Shown here: positions 37,834 through 51,690 of the stretch, piece by piece
Layout of the letters: each line of letters starts with the position of its first letter
How positions within the stretch are numbered: position 1 is the first letter of the stretch
NCBI RefSeq assembly: GCF_964194155.1
Contig: NC_135881.1
Coordinates: 35,278,001 to 35,342,000, forward strand
Source of the DNA: Cetorhinus maximus
Lineage: Eukaryota
Direction of reading: 5' to 3'
DNA: 64,000 bases
The notes under the pieces: generated by a model
Database searches by the model: none
What the model saw: only the letters and a program-made list of their open reading frames with translations
What the model was told of the DNA's origin: nothing
Program-made: the position numbers and the translations under genes

Positions 37834-40800
37834 CCCGAAGTGGGATTGAGTTGGATACAGAGATATCCACAGTTAAGACTCCTTTTCATCTAGTTGCATA
37901 TACACTGCAACACTGTTGAAACAAACATTCAAATTTCTCACGAGGAATGGTTATTATTCTGAAAATATGTAAACCTCATCTTTTTTCTCTAATTCAACCA
38001 ATCTTCATGGAGTATCTTAGAAGTTGCTTTAGAGGTGATTTTTCCAGCACCCGGTAGAAAGCAATAAACAAATTTGTAAACTCAAATTGGCACACAACTG
38101 CTTCAGTTGTGGTGCGTTTTACTGGTTTATCTACTGTCCCATTTATTGCCATTATAAGCAGCTAATTAACAACGATTACTGCCAAATTCTTTCATAATCA
38201 CAAAAAAATGACTTAAATCTGCCTATGATAACAACTTGGCTGTGTGTGTCTTTTAAAAAAACAAAAGTATCAGACATTTCTTACAGCTTTGTCACTGGAT
38301 GAATAGTTACTGCAGCCTTTATCGGCTTGCATTTTTTCTATGGCGAGTTTGAGCTACTCTATTTGAATAAATAATTTCACAGAGATGTTGATTGTTTTTC
38401 TACCACTTGCCATAGCTACCTGGAATTGAATAAAGTGTTTACAAAACAGCTATAGAGGGAGGCTTTAAAATGAATCACGGGAAGTTTTTATAATTGTGAA
38501 TGGAAATCACTAGTACTGATGCCTGGAATAGAATATTCCATCCAATCTGAACGGACCATTAATCAATTTAATTTTTTTAAAGTTTGACAGCGCTTTGATC
38601 AGTGTCTGTCACTTGACCATTTGAAATCTGAGAAAACTGACACAATCATCCAGTGAGGTACAAGATGTAACAATTACCAATGTCTTAATCCTCAACCAAT
38701 GGGAATAGAAAGAATTGGAAATCTGGTGTTCAGTGCTGACAATTCTCTGACTGTTCATTTTAGAGAATTACGAGCATGATGTGTTTAAAAGTTCTCATTT
38801 CAACAGCTGGTGGATCAGGCTCTAGGCAGGCATGTAAAATGAACCTCTATATATATCAAGCTAAACAGAGGGATGTACCACAACATTTAATATTGCCCAT
38901 GCGTTACTTTTTTTTCCACTTGTAACCTGAACAGATTTTTAAAATACCAAGCTCAAAATGGAAAGTGCATATTCATGCAGAACCAAAGGTTGGCTTAAGA
39001 GATCCATCCTAAACATTTGAAAAAAGAAGGGTCTAGAAATTTGACCGCACATTCAGATATTAAAAGCGTTGTAAGCCTCCAATGTGGTGGGCAAGAAGCA
39101 CACATGTTACAAGTTGGTTGTGTGTCACCTGCTACATTAAAGACCAAAAGATTGATATACTGTTCCTCACACCTAAAACAATGTTATTGCATATGCAGCT
39201 AAAGGCTCAAGCCCTATTTGAGGCCCTCATTGCAAAGGAACACAGGAACACAAGTAGGCCATTCAGCCCATCGAGTGGGCTGATCACCCACTTCAATGAC
39301 TTTTTCCCTTCACACTATCCCAATATCCCTTTGTGGGATTGGTATTTAGAATTATGTCAATCTCGGCTTTAAACACACTCAATGGGCTGGATTTTCCACC
39401 CCCGCCTGCTGCTGGGATCGTCCAGTCCTGCCAAAAAACAACGGACATTTGGTTAGGCCGCCAAATCTCCTGTGCGGGGGGGGGTCCCCCTATGATGGGG
39501 CAGGAATATCCCAGCCAATGATTGATCTTCCACAGCCCTCTGGGTTAGAGAATTCCAAAGATTCAAAACCCTCTGAGTAAAAAGAATTCTCCTCATCTCG
39601 ATTCTAAGTGGCTTCCCCCTTATTTTTAAATTGTGTCCCCTGGTTCTAGACTCTCTAACCAGGGAAAGCACCTTACCTGCACTTCCCCTATCCCTTTAAG
39701 TATTTTGCAGGTTTCAATGATATCACCTCATTTTTCGAAACTCGAGAATGCAGGCTCAGTTTCCTCAATCCCCCTTCATAGGACAGTCCTGCCATCCCAG
39801 GAACAAATCTGGCAAATCATTGCTGCACTCCCTCTATGACAATAATAATCTTCCTAAGGCAAGGGGACCAAAATTGCACACAGTACTCCAGGTATGGTCT
39901 AACCAATGTTCTGCACAACTGAAAGAAGACTTCCAACTCCTATTCAAATCCTCTTGCAATAAAGGCCAACATACCGTTACCCTTCCTAATTGCTTGCTGC
40001 ACCTGCATGTTAGCTTTCAGTGACCCATTGATGAGGACGCTCAGGTCCCTTTGTACATCTACAGTTTCTAATCTCTCATCGTTTAAGAAATACTCCGCAC
40101 ATCTGTTCCTCCCACAAAAGTAGATAACCTCACATTTTCCTACATTATATTCCATTTGTCATGTTTTTGCCCACTCACTAAGTCTGTCCAAATCTCCTTG
40201 AAGCCACTTTGCATCTTCCTCAACACATTCCCACTTAGCTTTGCGTCACCAGCAAACTTGGAAATATTACATTTGGCCAAATCCAAATCATTGATATATT
40301 GTGAACAGCTGGGGCCCCAAGTACTGATCCTTGCCATACCCCACTAATCACAACCTGTCAGCGTGAGAATGACTGTTTATTCCTACTGTTTTCTTCCTGT
40401 TAACCAATCCTTAATCTGTGCCAGTATATTACCCCCTATACCATGTGCTTTAATTTTGTTAACCAACCTCCTGCGGGGAACTTTATCAAAAGCCTCCCAA
40501 AAATCCAAGCATGCTACATCCACAGACTCCCCTTTATTAATTCTGTTAGTAACATCCTCAAAAAAACTCCAACAGGATCATCAAACATGATTTCCCATTC
40601 ATAAATCTATGTTGACTATGCCCAGTCAGATCATTATTATCCAAATGCCCATTTATCACATCCTTTAGAATGAATTCTAGCATTTTCCTGCTACTGATGT
40701 AATGCTAACAGGTCTGTAATTCCGTTTTCTCTCTCCCTCCCTTCTTAAATAGTGGTGACATTTGCTACCTTCCAATTTGTAGGAACCATTCTAGAATCTA

Positions 40801-40896
40801 TAGAATTTGGGAAGATGATCACCAATGCATTCATTATTTCTATAGCTACCTCTTTCAACATTCTGGGATGTAGAATATCAGGTCCCAGGGACTTAT

Positions 40897-41914
40897 CATA
40901 ACACTGGGAAATTACCTTTTGAAATGTCTGAAGCCATGTCTGACATGACCTTCGAACACTAGGAGCTAAGCTGGCAGCTTCGAAGAAATTTGAACCCTAT
41001 TATCTCTGAAGTGACACTAACAACTTGCGGACTGCAGAGGCCAAATTCAAAGGGAATTATACAAAGGCCATCTACATTTCATAAAGAAAGCTTGGTCACT
41101 GGAGTCTACTAGTCTGTTAGGAAAAAGAGCCCTGCAACCTTCCTTTTAAATTCTTAATGGTTGGAACATTAATAATCTCAGGAACCCAGACAAAGGAACA
41201 TGCACCCTTTGTCAAAGCCAAAGTGGAGAGGTGGGAGTCATGTGACTTAACCCTTCCCACACCTCCACCCTACCCCCCCCTCACCTCCCCAAGCTGGCAG
41301 AGCCTGTAATATTGCCTTGTGGAGCTGCAAACCTCAGTCTGCCACCTTATATCTACAAAGCAGCAGCACGGAATAAGGTCTCTGTCCAGATTTGAATGCC
41401 TGGTCCCCATCTACGCTGTTTCTACTGGAACTTCTGTATCATAACCTATAAGGCTACTTCATCTCCATGTGCCTATCTCATCATGGAAGCAGCCCTATTG
41501 GAAAAGTGAATTATCCAGCATCAATTTGCAGCCTGCTGACCTCTGAAGGAATACATCATTGGACTTTGATTCTGGACTCATGTTAAACATGAATTCTTGG
41601 TTCTGTGGGCTTTGCCCTAAACATTTCTTTCTTTATCCCTCTTTCATTGTATGAATGCACAGGGAGCTATGTAGATACAATCCCCTCCAGCATTTTTAGT
41701 GTGTGTGAATAAACTAACCCTTTGATTTTACCCTGTCTAGAGTTGGCTGTGGGCTTGTAAATAAAAATTGGGTCTGGACCAAAACTGACAGGTTGGGAAA
41801 TATGCCACTGCTTATAAAGGGAGAAATCAAAATCAAAACACCTTTCTATTTACAGATAGATGGAGAGAGGAGAAATCAGGCCTGCTTAAATTAAACTGCC
41901 TCCTGTCTGTAACA
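40897..41914 (+). mobile_element. Probable solo LTR, about 1 kb
   Basis: Non-CR1 block inside a CR1; ends CTGTAACA; AATAAA near 41709; flanks TTAT/TTAC; organised like 23118-24684. Confidence 0.55.
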
Positions 41915-42015
41915 TTACTAATAGTAATTTCCTTCAATTCCTCATTCTCTCTAGGCTTTTGGATCGCTAATTCTGAAAGGTTACTTGTATCTTGCTCAGT
42001 GAACGCAGACGTAAA

Positions 42016-42727
42016 GGGCAGAATTTTGCCCTTGTCAGGAGGGCCTTGGCGGGGGTAGTCAGGGGCGGTCGGGAAGCCAACTGCCACCCGCGATTGGGGC
42101 CGGATTGCGATTTCATGCTGGTGGGCCAATTAAGGCCTGCCCAGCGTGAAACACAAGTGACAGCGCCCAGAGCTGCCTGCGTGGGGGAGGGGGGAGGGCA
42201 CAGGGAGGAGGGCGAGCGTGCATTTCACACATGTGCACGAGGGCGCGCTTGAAAATCTCCCTGAGGCACAGAGCTGCCTCAGGAAGATGAACAACTGAAC
42301 AACTTTCAAAAAAGAAGAGATTTAAAAAATTTTATAAAACATGTCATCTCATGTGACTCTGTCACATGAGCAGGGACATGTTACAAATGAAATGTAAAAT
42401 GTTTTATTTTATCTTTATCTGCTGTTGGGAACCTCATCCCGCCCGTGGATGAAGTTTCATAAAAAATGCAAAGGCCGCTTGGCCTTTTCGCCTGCCCGCC
42501 CACCGTAAGGTTGGAAGGGCAGCGAAAATTTTAAGTTAATTATCTTTTTAATGGCCTTAATCAGCCTTTTAATTGTCGGCGTGCATGCTGCCAATTCCCA
42601 AACGCATCCACCGACTGAAATATTGTGCGACTGCAAATTGATGTTGGGACACTCGCCTGGCATCAACGCACGTCATTTTACACTCGAGCAAGTCGGGCGC
42701 GCACTCGCTGAGGTAAAAATTCTGCCC
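42016..42727. mobile_element. Harbinger-type MITE, family A
   Basis: TIRs GGGCAGAATTTT / AAAATTCTGCCC; flanks AAA/AAG. Confidence 0.85.
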
Positions 42728-45449
42728 AAGGTCATCATTTAGCTTCTCTGCCATTTCTCTATTCCCCCATTATAAATTCTCCCAACTCTGTCTGTAATAG
42801 ACTCACATTTGTCTTAGCCAAACATTTGCTTTTTACATACCAATAGAAGCTTTTACCGTCCATTTTTATGCTTTTTGCTAGTTTACATTCATATTCTATT
42901 CTCCCTTTATCAGTTTCTTGTTCCACCTTTGTTGTATTCTAGAGTGCTTCCAATCCTCTTTCAATGTATTTTCCCAATCCACCTCTGCCAATTTACCCCT
43001 CATGCCTTCATAATTTCCTTGGCTCAAATTTAACCCTGGCTTCAGATTTAACTACCTCACTTTCAAACATAATGTAGAATTCTATCATATTATGGTCACT
43101 CATCCTTAAAGGTTCTTTTATGAAAAGATTATTAATTAGCCCTTTCTCATTACATAATACTAGGTCGAAAATAGTCTGTTCTCTAGTCGGTTCCTCACAT
43201 ACTGCTCTAGAAAACCATCTCTAATACACTCCAGAAACTCAGCCGCCACAGAATTAGTGCTCATTAGATTGACCCAGTCTATGCACAAGTTGAAGTCACC
43301 CATGATTACTGTATTACCCATGCTACATGCTTTTCTAATCTTCTGATTAGTACCATGCCCCACACTACCACTACTGTTTGGCGGCCTATAAACAACTCCT
43401 ACCAATGTTTGCTGGCACTTGCTGTTTCTTAGCTCCCCCCAAATCACAGCTTTAAAAACGATTTATTACAGTTAGAACAACTTACCAGTTAATTCACCAA
43501 TCAGCTTCTTCATCTGCACCAAGGCAAGAGCCAGCTACTGGAGGCTGAAAGAAGGGGAGGGGAGGGGAATGGGGATGGGGACAGCTGGCTCCCTCACTCC
43601 CCTGGCTTTCTCACTCCCCAATCTCCCACTTTACACTCTGTGCACTCAAAGCAGCAGCCTCAGTGTGGATGAAGGAGCAGCACTGAGGAAGGCCTGTTTT
43701 GAAACTTACTGAGAAACAACTGATTCAAGTTTCTGAAAAACAGTTTAAGCTAGCTACCTAATTAACTAGCTGCAAGCTGCTCCCAGAGAGCTTGTATACC
43801 CTTGTTTTAAGCCTGGAATAAAATTTACTTCTCTTAACTTTAGGAGTAATTTTTAGTTAATTGCTAAAATAAAGAACAAACTCGACTTTAGACAGAACTT
43901 AGCACTTAAAGCTCCCTCACTCACCAGACACACCAGCTTTCAGGGCAGACAAGAGCAGCAAGGAGCACCAGCTGCTCTCAACAAATCCAGGCTTGCATAA
44001 TATCAGCCCTTATAGGAAGTGCCTGTCGGGCCACAACCAACAGGGCATGCTTTTACGATGCACTTACCTGAATGTAACTGGAACAAAATGGAGTGCAATT
44101 CACAACCCCACATTATCAGGACAAGGGGGAAATGTAAGTCAGCATTCCTCCGATTGCCATTGCTACCTCCACCTACAACCACCCCACCCCCCTGCCGCCC
44201 CCGCCAACCTCCCACAACCCATCTCCTTTGCTTCCCCCTGTCACCACTTTCTTCCTGACCTGATTTCACCCATCTTAGTTTTCCCCACCCCTTTCTAGTT
44301 GCCCCTGTTCCCCAGCCACCTGCCCCCGTCAACCGCCTTCATCACTTACCTGAGGACTGAGCCAGTGTCGTAGTTCTTCAGGTCTTCAGCCACAGTTTGC
44401 CAGTAAGCTACTTACTGTCCGTAGTTTGCTGAGGCCCAATATCGGGTGTGCCTCAAGCCTCACTATTTAGGTAAGGGGGTTTATCCATGCATGTGCAGCT
44501 CCACAGATTCCTAGGCCAAAAGAATCCGTAATATTTTTATTGCATAGTTATTAAGTGCTGACATCTTGTTGGAATATTTTCTGATTACCATTCAAATGAT
44601 TGGGATTTGGTACAGGGCTGCTGAATTATATCGGTAAACAATGTATTCACACTGTAAACCCCCTGAGAACAGAACACTGAAAATGCTTTTTGATCAAAGA
44701 GAAATCTTGTGCACAAACATTTTAGTGCTGCCAGCCTTCTAACTAATTCTATTCTGTCTAAAGGTGAGGCTCAGAGGCAAAATGTGATTCTGTAGCTGTA
44801 CGTGTTTGTAAATCCTGTGAAGACTTGATCCTATTGTTAATTTCATTTCAGCATCACATTATTATGTCTTTTTGTAAAACACTCATTAAATCCCAAATTT
44901 CAGAAGGTATTTATCAAAGGGCTTCACCCTGTTGGATTGTCTCTTTAACCTTTCATGAACTGCTTTAGAACACTGTTTTATTGGACTGATTTCAATATCT
45001 TGCTTTCACTGCTTCTTTCTGTAAATTACTCTATTCATGACTAAACCCATTGAAAAGTTTTCCTTGTTATAAAATTGCCTGTTGTGGCTGACATTAACCA
45101 TCTTCAGAAGTGAGGTGAGATGCAAACAGAATTTGTATGTTATCGGGTAACATTAAAAGCTTCTATTGTTCACCTTGAGCGTGACACCCAGACTAATTCA
45201 GACATAAGGTCGTTTTTGGCATACAATGAAAGAGAGCTCAACTGTGGGAGATTTTTTTTTCCATATTGGGCTTGATAAATACACCAGGATTTTCAATAAT
45301 CTGCCAATTTCTATTACCTGCTGGGAGTGATGTCCCTCCATTGCAGACAATACTTCTGATTTCACTGTAGTCAGAACATTAAAAGATTTTGGAGATAATC
45401 ATAATCCTCTGAAAGTGTCTGATCATTTTTCTGAAATAAAATGATGTCA

Positions 45450-45860
45450 ACAGCATCTTGCCCCTGACTTGGAAGAGTGAGGATTCAAATTCCATTCCAA
45501 AGGCCTGTTCATAAAATCTAGGCCGAGGGATTGCAGTACTATTTAAGCAACTGTCTTACAGATGAGACACTCAACCGCAGCCTTGTCTGACCTCTCGGGT
45601 GAACATAAAAGATACCATGGCACTATTTTGAAGGGGGACTGGGGAGGTCTACCCAGTGTCATAGCCTATATGTCTCCATAAATCAACTTCACTATAAGAG
45701 CTTATCTGATCATCAAGTGGCTATTTGTGAAAACCTGCTGTGTGAAAATTGACTGCCAATTTTCCCACATTTCAACAGTGACTACACTTCAAATGTACTG
45801 CATTCATTATAAAGCATTTTACGAGGCTCTGAGATGGTGAAATGTGCTATATGAATGTTA
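45450..45860 (+). mobile_element. DeuSINE (SacSINE1-like), degenerate
   Basis: B-box-like GGATTCAAATTCC; Deu-domain-like CAGATGAGAC...TAAAAGATACCATGGCACTATTTTGAAG; L2-type tail. Confidence 0.7.
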
Positions 45861-45983
45861 ATCATTCTTCTCTGTAAAGAAATTTATTCCAATTGCTTTC
45901 TTCACTCTCTTAATGATAATTTTAATTTAATGATCCTCATTCACTCTATCAAACTGTTTCATAATTTTGAAAATTTCCTTTTA

Positions 45984-46686
45984 GGGGAGAATTTTCCGGT
46001 TGGCGAGCAGGGGCGGGGCCCACTCGCCGACGCGTAAAATAACACGCGGTGACGTTGGGCGTGCGTCCCGACATCACCGCGCGTCATTTAGATTTTCAGT
46101 TCGGCAGGTGCGCAGCCGAGTCGGTTGTGCACCTGCCGAACTGTTAAAGGCCTATTAAGGCCTGTTTAAAGCTAATTAAATCAATTAAGTGAGCTGCCCG
46201 TCCAACCTTAAGGTCGGCGGGCAGGCGAAGAGCCCAGGCGGCCTTCGTATTTTTCATGGAACCTCATCCACTGGCGGGATGAGGTTTCATGAAGTGTTTA
46301 TAAATTAAATAAATTTTTTAATTAATGTTCCTTGACATGTCCCAGCTCATGTGACACTGTCACCTGAGGAGGCATGTCTTAAAATATTTTCAATTCTTTA
46401 TTTAAATGTTGGAACCTTAAACAAATCTCCCTGAGGCACCTCTATGCCTCAGGGAGATTTCTGCGCTCTTTCGTGTGCATGTGCAAAAGAGCGCAGGCCC
46501 GGTCTCAGGAAAGCCACCTCCCACTCGCACAGCGAGCGCTCAGCATCGCGCTGGGGGGGCCTTAATTGGCCCGTCCACATAAAATGGCGGCGCGCACTCA
46601 ATCAGGGGCACCGATTGGGTTCGTGCTCTCTCCCGCCCGCCCCCGCACCACCACCCCCCCCCGCTCGATGGGGAAAAATTCAGCCC
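45984..46686. mobile_element. Harbinger-type MITE, family A, opposite orientation
   Basis: TIRs GGGGAGAATTTTCC / GAAAAATTCAGCCC; TTA TSD on both sides. Confidence 0.88.
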
Positions 46687-46817
46687 TTAGTCTTCTCTGT
46701 AATACTCCTAACATATCAAGTCTCTCTTCATAACCATAGTTCCCCAATTCTCGACACCATCCTGGTGAACCTACATTATACATACTCTATGGTTTTAATT
46801 CACTGGCACTCAACTAT

Positions 46818-49053
46818 GGGCAGAATGTTCTGTTCTGGAGACTAAGTCCAGTGACAGGCAGGAATGTTGGCGTGATTCCCGCTGGGTGGCGGGGCATGTG
46901 AACACGCATGACCTTCTGTTTTTCAGCTCGTTAATTATGCATCAGCAAGGAGCTCAGTGAACGTCGTGGAAGTTGACCGCCCCACCGTTACCTCACGGGG
47001 ATGAAGTTTGTGGCACCATATTTAAATGGCTCTCAGGCAGACATTCAATCATTGCAGGCCAGGAGCTCTGCACTATTCCTTTATAGTCTTTGTGGCCGAA
47101 GCTCACACTGGAGGAGCTCGCCGATGTGCGCAACCGTATCCTGGGATATATGAGGTCGCCTCCGGCATTGACTTTTTGCCCATCTCTAGATATGAGCACT
47201 GCCAACAATACATCCATGGTTGGGCCAATGTTCAACAGTCTCTTGAACTTGTAAAGGCCCCGCTGCCTCTTGCTGCTCAAGCCCTTGCTCCTCATGTACC
47301 TGTGCCAACCAACGATGGGCCCTCCATCTCCTCATCTGAATGAGAGCCATTACCAATACCGGGTTCTCAGCAGTCTGCATCATTGATGCCTCAGTGAATG
47401 TGTGAATGAATTGAAGTGATACATTAAGTGAGCATGTCCTTTACAGGTTTCTCTTCACCTCAAACCAGCAGGCAAGTACTAAGCCCTTCACTTCGCCTCT
47501 GTCTAAACATGGCATCCCCACCCCACCTCTTCCAGGTAAAGGATATCCTGGAAGACCAGAGATGGGTGTTCCTCCCGTTCATACATGAATGTGTATGGCA
47601 ACATGCCTCTTTCACCAGAGTGATGACAGCTATGTTCAAGAAGCCTCATGTGGACAATTTTCTGCTTGTCTCAACCGGCTTGAAATTCTATAGAAAGACC
47701 ATTGCCTTGGAAGGATAGAAAACTAGCTACATGAGCCCTTGTCAGCCATGACCATTACCCATGGATGCTTGGAGTCATGAGTTGGCTGCACTCCACCAAC
47801 TGTGCCCTTTGGAGGCATCCACCTCCCTTCATCCCTGCCTCTGACTGCAGCTGATGGCAAATAGCACAGACTGAATGGCTGCTCCACACGTTGCTAGGAT
47901 CTCGATGTTATGAGAGCCATAAATTGGGAACAAAGCTGCTGCAATGCGGCCTTCATCCCAGGGAGGAGAACACGACTGTGCATCTTTGATATCTAGTTAC
48001 CTCATAATTAATAGGGTGCCCCTTTAGTTGGCCACTTGTGCTGACCTTGAACTCCACGCACCCGAAATGACCCTCCTCCCACTTCAAGGATTCACACGTA
48101 CAGAGCAACTATGTTGCCAAGAGCAGCCCTGAGAAAATGGTGCGCATAACTTTTCAGACATGCTCCACCACATTCCACCCTCCCCCTGTCACTCACAAAC
48201 TTCCACCCATCATCATAGACCCATCCAATCCTCTCCCTCCTGTTGCCCTTGAACCTCCTTGGTTACTCTGGACCCTATAACAATCCGCCTCCACATACCT
48301 TTCCTCCACTCGGAGCTGAAACCCATTGTCGTCCCCATGCCCACCCTGACCCTGCCCCCTCCCGTTATCCGAGCCTTGCCCCCCTCTGTGACCCACCTGA
48401 TGACAACTTCACCTACCAGGATCTCACCCTGAACCTGCCAGTCCACCGCATCCAACTTGCCCCTCTGACTGTGACTATTCCCTCCTGCCACCAGTACTCT
48501 GAGTTCTCCCCCAGGACTGCAGTGTCGACACCACTAACCCCGCCCTCTAAGGCACTCCTCCCCCTTCCCTGGCCACTCTCCAAACCCTCCCTGGACACTC
48601 TCCCCAGCCTTCTTCCATAAACCTGCCTCCCTTGTCCAGCCTCGTGATACAAGCACCTGAAATCTCACAGCAACGCTCTTAAAGGAGGGTGAAAGTAGCA
48701 TCCATGTACCTCAAAGTCATTGATGAAGTGAAGCACGTCAGGTACACGCCACTTATATACATTCAGGAAACAGGCCATTCTAACAATCCGCTGACAGGGC
48801 ACTTAATTTGGGGGGGGGGGGGAACGTTATTCCAGTGAGTCAACCACTGAATGAGCATTCATGAGGTGCAAAAGTGGTTCCTGACATAGGTCAGCGGGAA
48901 ACTCAAGCTGCCTTTAACCTGCCATCGAAGTCGGGAGAATAAAATCCCAAACTAATTTCCTGCTGGCAGGAAATTGACTTTTCCCATTACACTGAATTTA
49001 GTGGCCCCACCCACCCCAATTCCCACTGCTGGCAGGAGCAGTAAATCCCACCC
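46818..49053. mobile_element. Degenerate ~2.2 kb Harbinger-like element
   Basis: GGGCAGAAT... / ...AAATCCCACCC ends with TAT/TAT flanks; C-rich interior; no intact ORF. Confidence 0.45.
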
Positions 49054-49269
49054 TATGGCCTAACCATCACATTGTACAAATACATTATTATTTCTTTACT
49101 GTTGTGCTTGATGCTCCCTAATAAGAAAACCCCAAACTCTTGGCTTTTTTCTGAATTTGTCAATTTGCATTTGCACTTTCAGGGAACAATTTACATGGGC
49201 CCCTTGGTCTCGCCATTCTTTCAAAACTTTCAGTCTCTTTCCATTAGCAGTGTAACAATGAATGCCAAG

Positions 49270-50300
49270 CCAAAGATTGAGAAGTTAGGAAAAGTGACCA
49301 AACAAATGCTTAATCAAGTGAGTTTTAAGATCATCCTTAAAGGAAGAGAGGGAGGTAATAATGCAAGGGGGTCTAGGGAGGGAATACAGGAAATGGAGCC
49401 TAGGCAACAGAAGGCAAGACTGTCAATGGCGTGGCATAGACTGAGGGGATGCAAAAGAGGCTGGAGACAGAGATCAGAGGGATGTAGAAAAAATAGATAT
49501 AGGAAACAGAGTTTTAGATAATCTCAAGCTTACGAAGGGTGGATGATGGGAGATAAATCCACAAGAACATTGGCATAGTCAAGACTGGAGGTAACAAAGG
49601 GTTAAGGGTAATAAGGATTTCAATGTCAAATGGGCTGAAATAAGAGCAGCGATAGACAACGGCCGGGATTTTCCAGTCCCACCAGCAGCAGTTACCGTCA
49701 CGGGCAGGACAGGAAAATTTGAAGAGCAGCCAATTTGGCTCTCTTCAAATTTTCCTGTCCCACCTGTGCTGATGCCCGCCACTGGTGGGACCGGAAAATT
49801 CCACCCAGTGCTGTGGTGATGGAAGCAGATGACCTTCGTGACAGAGATATATAGGATCAGAGCTCAGATTGGATTGTATTTGATGCTGAGCTTGTGAGCA
49901 GTTTGGTTCATTCTCGACAGGAAGGAACTTGGAATTGTTGACGAGTTTGAGAAGTTGGTGGCAGGGCCAAAGGTGATAACTTCAGTCTTCCCAAAGTTTA
50001 ACTTGAAGAAATTTTATGTCATGAAGATTGGATGTTGGACAAACAATCTAACAATACAGAAGGAAAGGAAAGGTGATGGAAAGGTAAATGATAGCAACGT
50101 AGATGCAGTAGCTGACCCCATGTCTGCAGGTGATGCAATCCAGAAAAAACATATAGATGGGGAAAAGCAGGCGATAAGGATAGATGCTAGTGGAACTCCA
50201 GAGTTAACAGTGCAAATGTAAGAGGATAAGCCATTGCTGAAAATATTCCTGTTAAGATGGGATAAATACCGTGGAACCAAGTACAGTATTAAGGAGACAT
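49270..50300 (-). mobile_element. L2 LINE RT remnant
   Basis: ORF 50014-50307 has VNSGVPLASIL (cf. SGVPQGSIL); highly decayed. Confidence 0.5.
49661..49806. mobile_element. Palindromic 146-bp MITE
   Basis: Near end-to-end inverted repeat; inner arms GGACAGGAAAATTTGAAGAG / CTCTTCAAATTTTCCTGTCC. Confidence 0.8.
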
Positions 50301-51485
50301 AGAGCATTTTGTGCCTCTTGACAGGGATGCCATGACAAGTGACTAAAGATGCATCTACTAACTTACAATATAATGGCTAGAACTAAGTGTTTCCCCTGCA
50401 GTTTTATGACCTGCTCATCTGCTGTCTGGGACACTTCTCCTTTCTTTAAGTGTTGTGGCTTTCATGAGCATTGTACACAAGTTTATCTCAGAACAAGTTT
50501 GAGGGAATTAAGTGAAGGCCAACAATTGAGGGCTGCCTGCCAAGTGTCATCAGACATAATAGATCCACTGGTATCACCCTGTTAAAGTGGAGGAAGGGTT
50601 TTTTTAAAGCTCTGTATGCAAGTTATTGCTGATTGGGAGATCATGACACATATATTGTCAGATTAACATGGTGCAGTATGAAGGGTGATTCATGCAGCTA
50701 ATTATTTTAGAGGGTTTACAATGTGTTGGTCTCCATGGTGCTTAAGGACAGAGAGGTGGAGTGTGCTGGTGTGTTGCTTCCTACTGTTATTAGGTCCTTG
50801 AATCTTTTTGTTCAGCACTTGCCTATGATTCTAAAGTGAGAGGGGTATTGCTCAGAGCCACTCCGCATGCTGCTCAAGACATCTTTTTTTAGTGGCTACC
50901 TCCTACTGATACTGAAGACTGTTTCTCTCATTTGTTTCATCTCCTGCAAGAGGGTTTGTAAGTCAGTCTCATGAAAGGTTTTCTCCCTTCTTTCCTGCCT
51001 CCTTCCATTGCCCTGATCCTTTCTTTTGATGGCACCTACTACATATACTGTATCTGAGTTCCTCAGACTGCCAAAACGTTCCCTGCTTATTTGTTGATGC
51101 CCTATATCGTGCTGCTGAAATCTGCAATCACTCTAGGCTCTGAAAAGGCAATTTCCATTCTCCCCAGTGTCATGATCCCACATTACACAAGAATTGCACT
51201 CAGCCAGAGTCAGTGCATAGTTAAAAGAGCTGACCTAGTTAAACGAGGTGCATCTCAGCCATGGTCTAATTGAACAGTGGAGCAGACTCAAGGGACTGAA
51301 TGGCCTACTGCTGTCCCTATGATTTAAAATGGGATGAACGCTAGGATGATTTGAGGATGGAAATGCTGTACCATTTCTGGCAGGCAACACATAAGTAAAT
51401 GACCCCATGGATTTTTTTGGGGTTTATTGCTCTGTATGAAATTTGTCCTTGAAGTATTTTTTTAGGCTGAGGCTGAGTTTGGTGC

Positions 51486-51690
51486 GGTAATAAACTTGGA
51501 AAGTGCAGGATGGGTTTCTTGTAAGAAACAATGAACTTTATTTACAGACTTCAGATGAGGTTACATGCTTGTTCGAAGACCAAGACTAAAAAGCTCCACC
51601 ACTAAGATTCCCCACGCTTAGGGCTGATTGATCTAGACAGTCACATGATGCCCATAATGGTAAGAAATGGTTTAACTTACAATCATTACA
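51486..51690 (-). repeat. 3' LTR, preceded by PPT AAAGGGGGAGGAA (51691-51703)
   Basis: Begins TGTAATGATTG on the minus strand; direct repeat of 57396-57600. Confidence 0.9.

Larger units (their letters stand above)
39238..43450 (-). mobile_element. Long decayed CR1 ORF2 with nested solo LTR and MITE
   Basis: RT motifs at 39940-40340 (SKFAGDAKL, KCEVIYF); endonuclease GVVYRPP...IMGDFN at 43160-43447; CR1 tail at about 39240. Confidence 0.88.
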
